Source: an uncultured Mycoplasmatota bacterium (GTDB lineage: Bacteria > Bacillota_I > Bacilli_A > RF39 > UBA660). Taken from it: 52,793 bases of DNA. The stretch covers positions 87,334-140,126 of the forward strand of contig CAMMJA010000001.1 in NCBI GenBank assembly GCA_946497145.1. Reading direction: 5' to 3'. A model generated the notes under the pieces. It was not told where the DNA came from and made no database searches. It was given only the letters and a program-made list of their open reading frames with translations. Made by a program: the position numbers and the translations under genes. Numbering within the stretch: position 1 is the first letter of the stretch; the number at the start of each line of letters is the position of its first letter. Shown here in pieces: positions 1 to 9,447 of this stretch.

Positions 1-2
1 TA

Positions 3-494
3 CTTCATAATTTTTATCCGGCTAAAATATTTGCCGGAGATTGTACCATGTTTATGGGGTTTATGATTGCAATTATAACGTTATTAGAATTTAAAGGAAC
101 AGCATTAACTTCACTATTTGTACCACTTATGATATTAGGTATTCCTATTTTAGATACCTTATTTGCAATTATTCGAAGAATGTTAAAACGGCAACCTATT
201 TTTTCGGCCGACAAGGAACATTTGCATCATCAATTGTTGGGAATGAACTTTTCTCAACGAACGACAGTACTAATTATATATGGTATTAATATTTTGTTTG
301 CTTTATCCTCTATTTTTTACACGTTAAAAGATCCTTATCTTGGTATTATTATATATGTCATACTATTTATCTTAGTAGTATGGTTTATCTTACATACGAC
401 GATTATATCCGAGAAGGGCTATCGCAAAGTTCAACAATTCGAATCGGCAGTGAAGCAAAAAATTCGAAAGCCAAAACAAGATAAAAGTAAATGA
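3..494 (+). CDS. tagO: MraY/WecA/TagO-family undecaprenyl-phosphate GlcNAc-1-P transferase, 5'-truncated by window edge
   Basis: Frame open from base 3: LHNFYPAKIFAGD motif, then PILDTLFAIIRR and DKEHLHHQL motifs; hydrophobic helices. Confidence 0.85.
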   Translation, partial: LHNFYPAKIFAGDCTMFMGFMIAIITLLEFKGTALTSLFVPLMILGIPILDTLFAIIRRMLKRQPIFSADKEHLHHQLLGMNFSQRTTVLIIYGINILFALSSIFYTLKDPYLGIIIYVILFILVVWFILHTTIISEKGYRKVQQFESAVKQKIRKPKQDKSK

Positions 495-575
495 GAGAAA
501 CAAAAGCAATTTTGTTTCTTTTTAAAAATGATAAATAATTGGTAAATTTTGGAAAAAGGAAAGAGGGGAATAGAA

Positions 576-1307
576 ATGTTAAATTTTATTGTTGGGGAAG
601 ATGATCCGAATTTTGAAAAGAGAATGAAACATCTAATTGATAACTTTATGATGAATTTTGATATAGAATATCAATATCATTCTTGTTCAGGATATGATAA
701 AAAGTTCCAGAAGTTGGTTGAAGAAGATATTGGCTTTAAAGTATATTTTTTGGATATCAAGACGAAACATGGTTCTGGATTAGATGCCGCTCGTATGATA
801 CGAGAAGAGTGTGATGATTGGATTTCCATCATTGTCATTGTTACTGCATTTAATGAATATCGCTATGAGGCCTTAGGAAATCGATTGTATTTATTAGACT
901 TTATTAGCAAACTAGACGACTGTGACAAAAGAGTAACGGATGCTTTAAAGAAAGCCATGAAGAATTACGATAATAGATACAAGAGTTTAAGTTATGAATA
1001 TAATTACATTACTCGTAAAGTAGAATTTAGACATATCGTGTATATTGAAAAAGAACAAGATAGTAAAAGATGTATTATTAAAACAACATACGGGACACAG
1101 TTAATATCGAAAAGTTTAGTTGAAGTAGAAAAATTATTGGATAATAGATTTATGAAAACCCATCGCAGTATGATTGTAAATTTAGATTATATTAAAGAAT
1201 TTGACACAAAAGAAAATAAAATTACTTTTAAAAATAATGAAGTTACACATTTAGTAGCGAGGGATAAAAAGAAGGAGTTGACAAAGCGTGTTGGATTTAT
1301 TCAATAA
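576..1307 (+). CDS. agrA: LytTR-family response regulator, AgrA-like
   Basis: Receiver (GEDD, FLDI..GLDAAR) plus LytTR (FMKTHRSMIVNL); AGAGGGG RBS before ATG 576; next to agrC/agrB/agrD. Confidence 0.9.
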   Translation: MLNFIVGEDDPNFEKRMKHLIDNFMMNFDIEYQYHSCSGYDKKFQKLVEEDIGFKVYFLDIKTKHGSGLDAARMIREECDDWISIIVIVTAFNEYRYEALGNRLYLLDFISKLDDCDKRVTDALKKAMKNYDNRYKSLSYEYNYITRKVEFRHIVYIEKEQDSKRCIIKTTYGTQLISKSLVEVEKLLDNRFMKTHRSMIVNLDYIKEFDTKENKITFKNNEVTHLVARDKKKELTKRVGFIQ

Positions 1308-2577
1308 ATTTATTTGTGCAATGATAATTTCAATAGCAGGTTTTATTGTATTGAAAAATTTACTAAAAAGTGATGAGAAGTTGTGTAATTTCAAAAACAT
1401 ATGTCTTCTCATTGTTATAACTCTGCCGACTGTTCTATTTTACAGGTCAGAATATTATATTACCTTGTCGTTGTTAACGTATTTTTTTACAGCTTTTATT
1501 TATAAATTTATTTTCAAACTAAACTTAATTCAGTCATTTTTAATTACTGGAATTTTAATGATTATTATTTCATTGAGTGATATGATTACATCAATGATAT
1601 TTATTCATATTACTACGGTTGAACAAATGAGATCTTGTTGGTATATTATGTTATTTAGTAATTTAAGTGTTGCAGTCATTGCATTGCTAATTAGTAATAT
1701 TAAAACTGTACAAAATAAAACAGGAAGATTAATTGGCAGGATTAGTTCTATTAAATGGTTTAATAACATTGCTTTTTTAGTATTATTGATCGTAGTACTC
1801 AGCACCTTATTTTATAATGTATCTGAAACATTCTCATTGAGTACAGGATATATTATTAATATAGCTATTATGTTGATCTTTTTTGTGTTAACTTATATTT
1901 ATTTAAGGGAGCAATATAATTATGACAAGTTAAGCCACGAATATGATATGTTGTTTGATTATGTTGAACATTTCGAAGATTGGATAGAAACAGAACAGTT
2001 GAATCGTCATGAATTAAAAAATAGTTTAGGTGCGATAAGGAATTTAACAAAAAATAAAAAAGTAATAGAAAAAATAAATGATATATTACATGATAACATA
2101 AATATAGAAGATACTTGGATAGAGGAGTTAAAAGATGTTCCAAAAGGTATATTAAAAGGATTACTTTATTATAAAATGGCTATATCAAAAAAGCAAAGTA
2201 TTCAAGTAATATCAGAGGTTAGCTCTAATTCGACGAGTTATATAAAGAGATTGGGGAAAAAAGATTTAAAAGAATTAACGCAGCTAATAGGAATATTATT
2301 TGATAATGCTATAGAAGCATCAGAGTTATCAAAAAAGAAGATGGTGTGTGTTGAGATATATGTAGTTGATCGGCAATTAAATATTGTAATATCAAACACT
2401 TATAATGGTGAGATTAATTTAGAAGAGATTAATAAAAAAGGAAAAAGTAGTAAAGGAAAGGGAAGAGGAAATGGATTATATTTTGCGAAAAAAATAGTAG
2501 AAAAAAATACTAAATTTGAGATGGAGCAACAAATAATAAATGATTATTTTGTTGAAAAAATTATTATAAAACAATAA
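1288..2577 (+). CDS. agrC: AgrC-like membrane GHKL histidine kinase
   Basis: About 6 N-terminal TM helices, H-box RHELKN, N-box ILFDNAIEAS, G-box SSKGKGRGNGL. Confidence 0.9.
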   Translation: MLDLFNKFICAMIISIAGFIVLKNLLKSDEKLCNFKNICLLIVITLPTVLFYRSEYYITLSLLTYFFTAFIYKFIFKLNLIQSFLITGILMIIISLSDMITSMIFIHITTVEQMRSCWYIMLFSNLSVAVIALLISNIKTVQNKTGRLIGRISSIKWFNNIAFLVLLIVVLSTLFYNVSETFSLSTGYIINIAIMLIFFVLTYIYLREQYNYDKLSHEYDMLFDYVEHFEDWIETEQLNRHELKNSLGAIRNLTKNKKVIEKINDILHDNINIEDTWIEELKDVPKGILKGLLYYKMAISKKQSIQVISEVSSNSTSYIKRLGKKDLKELTQLIGILFDNAIEASELSKKKMVCVEIYVVDRQLNIVISNTYNGEINLEEINKKGKSSKGKGRGNGLYFAKKIVEKNTKFEMEQQIINDYFVEKIIIKQ

Positions 2578-2602
2578 AAAACAAGTAGTATACTTGTTTT
2601 TT
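2576..2602. terminator. Bidirectional intrinsic terminator between agrC and agrD
   Basis: AAAAAACAAGTA-GTA-TACTTGTTTTTT perfect 12-bp inverted repeat between convergent stop codons. Confidence 0.8.
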
Positions 2603-2607
2603 GCTGA

Positions 2608-2727
2608 TTAGTCCATGTTATTTAATGCTTTTGGCTCATCGCATAAGAACCAAACACACCCCATAGATGCAGCACTTGTCGCAAGCATTGCAACAGCAGC
2701 TAGAACGTAAGATAATCTTTTTTTCAT
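2608..2727 (-). CDS. agrD: AgrD cyclic autoinducing peptide precursor, 39 aa (absent from ORF track)
   Basis: Translates MKKRLSYVLAAVAMLATSAASMGCVWFLCDEPKALNNMD; AAGGAGG RBS; directly downstream of agrB; amphipathic leader, Cys-hydrophobic ring, DEPK tail. Confidence 0.9.
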   Translation of the reverse strand: MKKRLSYVLAAVAMLATSAASMGCVWFLCDEPKALNNMD

Positions 2728-2782
2728 TTGTTTCGGCCTCCTTTACTACTTAGATATATATTTAAATACTTTCGTATTTAAA

Positions 2783-3385
2783 TCAGGAAGAGATACACTT
2801 CTTGTAATTGTTGAATGGTTGATGAAATATTTTATAAGTAATAGGACAAATCATAATTCCTTCGATTAAGAATGCTGCTAAAATAAGTTGAGAAATTACT
2901 GTATTTTTAATAGTAAAAATAGCAATGGTATAGATAATAGCAAAACTGATAGATGCAAATTTACGAATTTTACGTTTTCTTGTATTGGTAAGTGGTCTTT
3001 TTGGCGTATCTGCTGGTGCCCAAAGAGCAAAGGCGATAAGACATAGGCCAGTTAGAAATACTTTAATTGGAAAAGTTAAAGTCATATGTAACATGATATA
3101 TGGTAATGCTAAAAATAATGTTGCAGAAAATAATAGACAAGTAATGCTTCGATCAGCATGAAATCCAAAGGCAGGATATCGAATAATGTTAAAGAAAAGT
3201 AATACAATAATCATTTCTTTGAATATTCCTAGGATCAGAGACAATATAGAAATGACAATTAATTTTGTAATAGTTAAGTATAACCCTTCTAAACCATATT
3301 GTAGCTGTTCTATTTGTTCTTCACTGTAGTTAGGATTGTATTTTGTAATCCATTTTATAGAGTAATTTAGGAAAGCTTGCTTCAT
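2783..3385 (-). CDS. agrB: AgrB peptide-processing membrane protease
   Basis: YGLE, IRYPAFGFHA (catalytic His), ITC (catalytic Cys), WAPADTPKRPL motifs. Confidence 0.92.
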   Translation of the reverse strand: MKQAFLNYSIKWITKYNPNYSEEQIEQLQYGLEGLYLTITKLIVISILSLILGIFKEMIIVLLFFNIIRYPAFGFHADRSITCLLFSATLFLALPYIMLHMTLTFPIKVFLTGLCLIAFALWAPADTPKRPLTNTRKRKIRKFASISFAIIYTIAIFTIKNTVISQLILAAFLIEGIMICPITYKIFHQPFNNYKKCISS

Positions 3386-3665
3386 TTACCACACCTCGCT
3401 AACTTAACCTGAAGATAGTTTAGCATTAAAAAATACGAGCAAGAACGAAAAGTTCTAAAATGCTATTTTTGGTAAAATTTATTTAAAAAAGAATTTTAAA
3501 AAACGAAAATATACCAAAATATCCCTTGAAATTACATTTTAGAGAATTACTTACAGCAACAAATGAAATGTGTTAGAATAAAAATGCGCATTAAAAAGCA
3601 GTGTCTACACTTAAGTGAAAAGATTGAAAGAAGTGAGAAATTTGAAGAAAAGAGGAGCGCAAAGT

Positions 3666-3884
3666 ATGATCGGTAAAGTAAAATGGTTTAACAATGAAAA
3701 AGGGTATGGGTTTATTGAATATAAAGAAGATGAGGATATATTTGTTCACTATTCAGCAATTAAGCAAGAAGGATATAAGACAATATCGGAAGGACAATAT
3801 GTATCATTTGATTTATTAGAAACAGCCAAAGGATACCAAGCAACAAATGTCGTTGTTGTACCAGAGCCAGTCACCACAAAATAG
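3666..3884 (+). CDS. Cold-shock protein
   Basis: [15 protein letters not shown] and [12 protein letters not shown] motifs; GAGGAG RBS before ATG 3666. Confidence 0.95.
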   Translation: MIGKVKWFNNEKGYGFIEYKEDEDIFVHYSAIKQEGYKTISEGQYVSFDLLETAKGYQATNVVVVPEPVTTK

Positions 3885-3934
3885 GTGGCTTTTTTCTTAG
3901 TGTTATGGTATAATGAAATTGGGAGGATGATAGT

Positions 3935-4462
3935 ATGAATTTGCTAATTAGAGGAGACAAAGTAAAAGTAACAGAAGCCATGAATGACTATGTGGAAGAG
4001 AAGTTACAAAAACTCAATAAGTATATTGAGGATAGCGACAATGTACGTGCAACTGTGGTAGTAAAAATTAAAGATCATCGTCAAAAAGTGGAAGTGACGA
4101 TTCCGCTAAAAACCTTTATTTTACGTGCAGAAGAAGAATGTGATGACTTCTATGCTGCAGTAGATACCATCGTAGATAAGTTAGAAAGACAGATACGTAA
4201 GAATAAAACACGTTTGGAAAATAGAACGAACAAAAGTAATAAAGATTTTATTTTTCAAGAGATGGAAGAATTTCAAGAAACAACCGATACTGTTGTAAAA
4301 AGAAAGAAAATAGAAGTAAAGCCAATGGACGAAGAAGAAGCCATGCTACAACTTGAACTATTAGGACATCAATTTTATCTTTATAAGGATGCTACTACAA
4401 ATCAACCGACAGTTATTTATAAAAGAAAAGATGGTGGCTACGGTATTATCGAGTCAGAATAA
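3935..4462 (+). CDS. hpf: Long ribosome hibernation promoting factor (RaiA/YvyD)
   Basis: DFYAAVD..VDKLERQIRKNKTR and C-terminal KPMDEEEAMLQLELLGHQFY..YKRKDGGYG. Confidence 0.95.
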   Translation: MNLLIRGDKVKVTEAMNDYVEEKLQKLNKYIEDSDNVRATVVVKIKDHRQKVEVTIPLKTFILRAEEECDDFYAAVDTIVDKLERQIRKNKTRLENRTNKSNKDFIFQEMEEFQETTDTVVKRKKIEVKPMDEEEAMLQLELLGHQFYLYKDATTNQPTVIYKRKDGGYGIIESE

Positions 4463-4525
4463 AAGAAAAACTCTTTTATTCTTTCTTTTTTTTTGATAGA
4501 ATATATTATTAGAGGAGATGTTAAG

Positions 4526-7015
4526 ATGGGCATATTTAGAAGTATATTTGATCATGAGTATAAAGAATTAAAAAGATTTGGAGCAATCGCGGATCAAATC
4601 GATGCGTTGGATGAAACGATGCAAAAATTGAGTGATGCGGATTTACAACATAAAACAATAGAATTTAAAGAACGTTTGGCAAATGGTGCGACGTTAGATG
4701 ATATTTTAGTTGAGGCGTATGCTGTAGCAAGAGAGGCGGCTTTTCGTGTCATTGGAGAAAAACCATTTTATGTTCAGTTGTTAGGTGCTATTGCCATTCA
4801 TTATGGAAATATTGCGGAAATGAAAACTGGTGAAGGAAAAACTTTAACAAGTGTGTTACCTGCATATTTAAATGCCTTGACTGGAGAAGGGGTTCACATT
4901 GTTACGGTTAACGAATACCTAGCCGGTCGTGATGCAGAATGGATGGGTGGTATTCACCGTTTTCTTGGTTTGACAGTCGGTTTTAATCAAAGAGAATTAA
5001 GTCCAAAAGAAAAACAAGAACAGTATAATTGTGATATTTTATATACGACCAACAACGAAGTGGGATTTGACTATTTAAGAGATAATATGGTAGTAAGAAA
5101 AGAAAATCGTGTACAACGTGGTTTGAACTTTGCGATTATCGATGAAGTGGATTCGGTTTTGATCGATGAAGCAAGAACGCCATTAATTATTTCTGGTGGA
5201 CAAATGCAAAGTGCCAATCTTTATATTGATGCCGATCGTTTTGTCAAGTCATTAAAAGAAGAAGATGATTATATTTATGATGAAAAAACCAAAAGCGTCA
5301 ATCTAACAGAAGAAGGAACGAAAAAGGCAGAGAAAACATTCCATGTGGATAATCTTTACGATGTCAATCAGACAACCTTAGTTCATTATATTAATCAAGC
5401 GTTGAAGGCCAATTATTCTATGAAGTTAGATGTCGATTATGTCGTCCAAGATGGTGAAGTTGTGATTGTCGATCAATTCACCGGACGTTTGATGAAAGGA
5501 CGTGCATTTAGTGATGGACTTCATCAAGCAATCGAAGCCAAAGAAGGCGTAAAGATCAATCAAGAAACGAAAACACTTGCGACAATTACTTTCCAAAATT
5601 TATTTAGAATGTATAAGAAATTGTCTGGTATGACTGGTACTGCAAAAACAGAAGAAGAAGAATTTAGAAATATTTACAATATGTATGTTATTACAATACC
5701 AACCAATAAAGAGGTAATTCGTATTGATGCACCTGATTTGGTTTATGCAACGAAAGAGGCAAAGTATAAGGCGATTATTAAAGAGATTAAGGAACGTTAT
5801 AAAAAAGGACAACCAGTGTTGGTTGGTACGATTGCAATTGAAACCAGTGAATTAATTAGTCAATTGTTAAAAAAAGAAAAGATTCCTCATGAAGTATTGA
5901 ATGCTAAAAACCATGCACGTGAGGCCGAAATTATTTCTAAAATCGGACAACATAAATCAGTTACCATTGCTACCAATATGGCTGGACGTGGAACGGATAT
6001 TAAATTGTCAGATGAAATTCGTAACCTTGGTGGTTTGTGTGTAATTGGTACTGAACGTCATGAATCAAGACGTATCGATAATCAGTTGCGTGGTCGTTCT
6101 GGACGTCAAGGAGATCCTGGTTTTACACAATTCTATGTATCGATGGAAGATGAGTTGATGGTTCGCTTTGGTTCTGATCGTATTCGTGGTATGATGCAAT
6201 CACTTGGCTTTGGAGACAATGCCATTCAAAGCAAAACGTTTACAAGAGCAATCAGCTCTGCACAATCTCGTGTAGAAGGAAACAACTTTGATATTCGTAA
6301 ACAATTGTTACAATATGATGATGTCATGAATAATCAACGTGAAATCATGTATCAAAGAAGAAATGAAATTTTGGATAGTGAATCAATTCATGATACGGTG
6401 TTAAGTACGCTTCATAATCACGTGGAGGATTTAGTTAAATCACATCTTTTCCCTGAAGGACATTTAACAGAAGATGATATCAGAGAAATTACAGAATTTA
6501 CCAATGAAAACTTATTAAAAAATGACATCAAACAAGAAGAAATTACTGGTAAAAATGAAGAAGAAATGATTTCCTATATTTATGAAAAAGTTGTAGCAGA
6601 ATATGAGAATAAGATTAAAGAACTCCCAAAAGAAGTTGTGGATGAATTTGAAAAGGCCTTAAGTTTAAGAGTGATCGATAACCACTGGATGGAACACATC
6701 AATACTATGGCGCATTTAAGAGAAGGAATTCACTTGAGAAGTTATGGTCAAGAAGATCCGTTGCGTGCTTATACGATGGAGGGTTTTGAACTATTTGATA
6801 ATATGTTACAAAGAATCGACAAAGATATCACGATGTTCTTGTTGAAAGCAGAAGTTCGTCAAAATATTGAACGAAAAGAAACTGTAAAAAATAAAGTAAC
6901 CAATGAAAGTAGTGAAAAAGCCAAAAGAACGCCAAAGAAATCAACCAAAATTGGGAGAAACGATCCGTGCCCATGCGGCTCAGGTAAGAAGTACAAACAG
7001 TGTTGTGGTAAATAA
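4526..7015 (+). CDS. secA: Preprotein translocase ATPase SecA
   Basis: [41 protein letters not shown]-terminal [23 protein letters not shown]. Confidence 0.99.
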   Translation: MGIFRSIFDHEYKELKRFGAIADQIDALDETMQKLSDADLQHKTIEFKERLANGATLDDILVEAYAVAREAAFRVIGEKPFYVQLLGAIAIHYGNIAEMKTGEGKTLTSVLPAYLNALTGEGVHIVTVNEYLAGRDAEWMGGIHRFLGLTVGFNQRELSPKEKQEQYNCDILYTTNNEVGFDYLRDNMVVRKENRVQRGLNFAIIDEVDSVLIDEARTPLIISGGQMQSANLYIDADRFVKSLKEEDDYIYDEKTKSVNLTEEGTKKAEKTFHVDNLYDVNQTTLVHYINQALKANYSMKLDVDYVVQDGEVVIVDQFTGRLMKGRAFSDGLHQAIEAKEGVKINQETKTLATITFQNLFRMYKKLSGMTGTAKTEEEEFRNIYNMYVITIPTNKEVIRIDAPDLVYATKEAKYKAIIKEIKERYKKGQPVLVGTIAIETSELISQLLKKEKIPHEVLNAKNHAREAEIISKIGQHKSVTIATNMAGRGTDIKLSDEIRNLGGLCVIGTERHESRRIDNQLRGRSGRQGDPGFTQFYVSMEDELMVRFGSDRIRGMMQSLGFGDNAIQSKTFTRAISSAQSRVEGNNFDIRKQLLQYDDVMNNQREIMYQRRNEILDSESIHDTVLSTLHNHVEDLVKSHLFPEGHLTEDDIREITEFTNENLLKNDIKQEEITGKNEEEMISYIYEKVVAEYENKIKELPKEVVDEFEKALSLRVIDNHWMEHINTMAHLREGIHLRSYGQEDPLRAYTMEGFELFDNMLQRIDKDITMFLLKAEVRQNIERKETVKNKVTNESSEKAKRTPKKSTKIGRNDPCPCGSGKKYKQCCGK

Positions 7016-7183
7016 CTTATTTTATAAGGGTTTGTGAGATTTTGAAAACGAAAAAAACGGCAAAAATCTCAAAAAAATAGCAGAATGTTTGCAAAATGTT
7101 TGCAAAAAATATAATTGTTTGCAAACAAGTGCTGTAATTCCTTATAAATAAAGGGTTTTATCTGCATAAATAAATTGCAAACA
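7016..7183. repeat. Putative integrase arm-type sites: TGTTTGCAAA x3 plus one inverted copy, and two CTTAT..AAGGGTTT quasi-palindromes
   Basis: TGTTTGCAAA at 7086, 7097, 7116; TTGCAAACA at about 7175; CTTATTTTTATAAGGG at 7016 and CCTTATAAATAAAGGG at 7140. Confidence 0.65.
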
Positions 7184-7246
7184 AATTGTAAAACTAGCAT
7201 TCAGCTAGTTTTTTAGTCCTCCAAAAAAGTAAGAAGGAGGAAATTT

Positions 7247-7505
7247 ATGGCACAAGTTAATGTAACAAAAAGAGAAAATGTGTATCAGTACCAATTTGAA
7301 ATTACAAAAGTTGAAGGTAAGAGGAAGTTTTGCTATTACTAGTTTAAGAAACGGATGTGAAATAAAAGATATTTCAGAAGTATTGAGACATAAAAGAATA
7401 GAAACTACCGAGAAATATTATATTTCTAGCACAATGAAAGATAAAATGAATTTTATTATTGGTTTGGACAAAAACCATAATGATATTATGATGTGTCATT
7501 GTTGA
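7247..7505 (+). pseudogene. Internally deleted tyrosine integrase (arm-binding N-terminus joined out of frame to C-terminal box II)
   Basis: AAGGAGG RBS, ATG 7247: MAQVNVTKRENVYQYQFEITKVEGKRK then stop at 7342; other frame from about 7326: SFAITSLRNGCEIKDISEVLRHKRIETTEKYY, resembling HSFAT..LGH..I.TT..Y. Confidence 0.75.
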
Positions 7506-7551
7506 AATAAACTAATAATGGTATAATAATTATTTGATTAAGGAGGTAAAG

Positions 7552-8574
7552 ATGGTAAAAGATTTAACAAATTCTGTTATTGATCGTCAAAACATATTAA
7601 ATAATGATATGGCGATAGAAGAAATTAAAAAAAATATTTCCGTTCCGGGAATTGTAATAGATGATAAAATTTATTTTACTGTGGAATATGTTGCTTCTTT
7701 CTATGAAGTGGATCCGAGAACAATTAGGAGATATATTGAAAATAACAGTAAGGAATTTAATGAAAATGGATATGAGGTATTAACTGGACAGAGATTAAAA
7801 AACTTTTTTAAAAAAATTGAGAATTCTGGTAAGGACATTAATGTCCTTACCAAGGAAAAGGTTACAAGATTATCTGTTTTTGATTTTAGAGCATTCCTAA
7901 ATGTGGGAATGTTATTATCTGAAAGTGAAAGAGCAAAAGAAGTTAGAAAATTAATTTTAGATATAGTTATAGATTTGATTAATAAAAAAACTGGTGGTGG
8001 AACGAAATATATTAATCAAAGAGATGAAGATTATTTAGAATCATGGTATTGCGAAGAAAATTATAGAAAATTATTCACGGATGCATTACGTGATTATGTT
8101 GTAGAAGGAAAATATAAGTATGCTAGATATACTGATAAAATATATGAAAGTATTTTTAAAGAAAATACAAAAGAATATAAGACAATACTTAATTTAAATG
8201 CAAAAGATAAAGTTAGAGATACTTTCTATTCTGAAGTTTTGGATTTAATATCATCGTATGAAGGAGGATTTTCAGAAATATTAAAGAACGAATATTTAAA
8301 AAAAGGTGCAAGATTAGAATATTATGAAGTTGATAAGTTATTTGATGTATTTTCAGAACAAAAATTATATGAACCTTTAAAAAATAAAGCAAGAAATAAA
8401 ATGGCTAGTAGAGATTTAGCATTTCGTGATGCTCTACACTTAAGGTTAACTGAATATATTAGTCCGTTAGATAAAACTGAATTTGAAAGATTTTTAGGAT
8501 TGAAAAGTCAAGAATTACTAGAACGTATGAAAGATTCAGAAGAAGTTTTTAAGAGGTTAAAAGAGCGTGAATAA
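7552..8574 (+). CDS. DNA-binding protein with RhuM/antirepressor-like N-terminal region, partner of Doc
   Basis: AAGGAGG RBS before ATG 7552; VASFYEVDPRTIRRY helix-turn-helix-like segment and FDFRAFLNVGMLLSESERAKEVR; overlaps doc start; TGgTATAAT extended -10 at about 7519. Confidence 0.65.
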   Translation: MVKDLTNSVIDRQNILNNDMAIEEIKKNISVPGIVIDDKIYFTVEYVASFYEVDPRTIRRYIENNSKEFNENGYEVLTGQRLKNFFKKIENSGKDINVLTKEKVTRLSVFDFRAFLNVGMLLSESERAKEVRKLILDIVIDLINKKTGGGTKYINQRDEDYLESWYCEENYRKLFTDALRDYVVEGKYKYARYTDKIYESIFKENTKEYKTILNLNAKDKVRDTFYSEVLDLISSYEGGFSEILKNEYLKKGARLEYYEVDKLFDVFSEQKLYEPLKNKARNKMASRDLAFRDALHLRLTEYISPLDKTEFERFLGLKSQELLERMKDSEEVFKRLKERE

Positions 8575-9025
8575 AAGAATAATATATATACCTGAAGAAT
8601 TGATCGAACAAATCCACTCTAATACAATTGATGTTAGTGGAGGTGGAGATAAAGGAATTCTAGATATAGGAAGGATTAAATCTGTATTAGTTCATATTCA
8701 AAATGATGATTACTATCCTTATTTTGTAGATAAAATAACACATCTTTTCTTTTTTGTTTGTAAATTTCATGCTTTTGTGGATGGAAATAAAAGATTAGCT
8801 ATAACATTATCAGCTCAATTTTTAATTTTAAATGGCTATGGATTGATATGTGGAAAATTTATTGAAGAAATGGAAAATATAAGTTACCATGTTGCAGCAA
8901 ATAATATAGATAAGGATTTGTTGCATGAGATATTGGAAAGCTTTCTTAATGGAAATTATGATTCGGAAGAGATAAAGCTAAAAATATATGAAGCAATAAC
9001 CAATAAGGGATTAGTTGAAGTATAA
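8567..9025 (+). CDS. Fic/Doc family toxin (death-on-curing type)
   Basis: HAFVDGNKR Doc signature; 152 aa; GTG start overlapping upstream gene. Confidence 0.88.
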   Translation: MNKRIIYIPEELIEQIHSNTIDVSGGGDKGILDIGRIKSVLVHIQNDDYYPYFVDKITHLFFFVCKFHAFVDGNKRLAITLSAQFLILNGYGLICGKFIEEMENISYHVAANNIDKDLLHEILESFLNGNYDSEEIKLKIYEAITNKGLVEV

Positions 9026-9099
9026 TGATATTTGTGCATTTTATAAAATAAGAAAATATGCGATACTTATATTAAGTGAACGTATGTGGACAATGTTCT

Positions 9100-9290
9100 C
9101 AATAACAGATGGCTGATTTATATGATACAACTAAATAAAATATTAGTTCACATATTAAAAATATCTTTGATGAAGAAGAATTAGTTTAGAACTGAACTGT
9201 TAAGGAATTCTTGACAGTTCAAAAGAAGGAAATCGAAAAGTTAAATACTTGGTAAATCGCTCATTACGAAGTATTAGAAGGAAAAGAGAA
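9100..9290 (+). pseudogene. RhuM-family gene relic
   Basis: From 9109: MADLYDTTK*NISSHIKNIFDEEELV*N*TVKEFLTVQ then frameshift to EGNRKVK; matches the RhuM N-terminal pattern MAELF.TTKQNIS.HIKNIF.E.EL. Confidence 0.75.
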
Positions 9291-9447
9291 AAGGAATCCA
9301 TTGATAAATATTGTCAGCATGAATAAAATTAAGTATAATAAAAATGTAATAACGAATCATCAAATAGTATGCTTTTAGATGGCTATTACATAATATAATA
9401 ATAAATACCATTTCAAAATAAATGGTTAAAATAAAAAAGGAGAACAA

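Larger units (their letters stand above)
7016..9300. mobile_element. Decayed integrative islet at secA 3' end (att-arm repeats, integrase relic, RhuM-like/Doc pair, rhuM relic); right boundary approximate
   Basis: Interrupts normally adjacent secA-prfB; visibly more AT-rich codon usage; integrase fragments and repeats at left edge. Confidence 0.7.

Noticed and set aside
3386-3600. AgrA LytTR direct-repeat binding sites upstream of agrB
   Set aside because: Only loose AACGAAAA repeats at non-canonical spacing; cannot be supported by eye
7080-7190. CRISPR array or iteron origin from TGTTTGCAAA repeats
   Set aside because: Repeats are 10 bp with irregular 1-9 bp gaps, no spacers, no cas or rep gene; better explained as integrase arm sites
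7278-7505. 75-aa ORF as a genuine small gene
   Set aside because: It is the out-of-frame C-terminal piece of a deleted integrase; the real RBS and start are at 7247 in another frame
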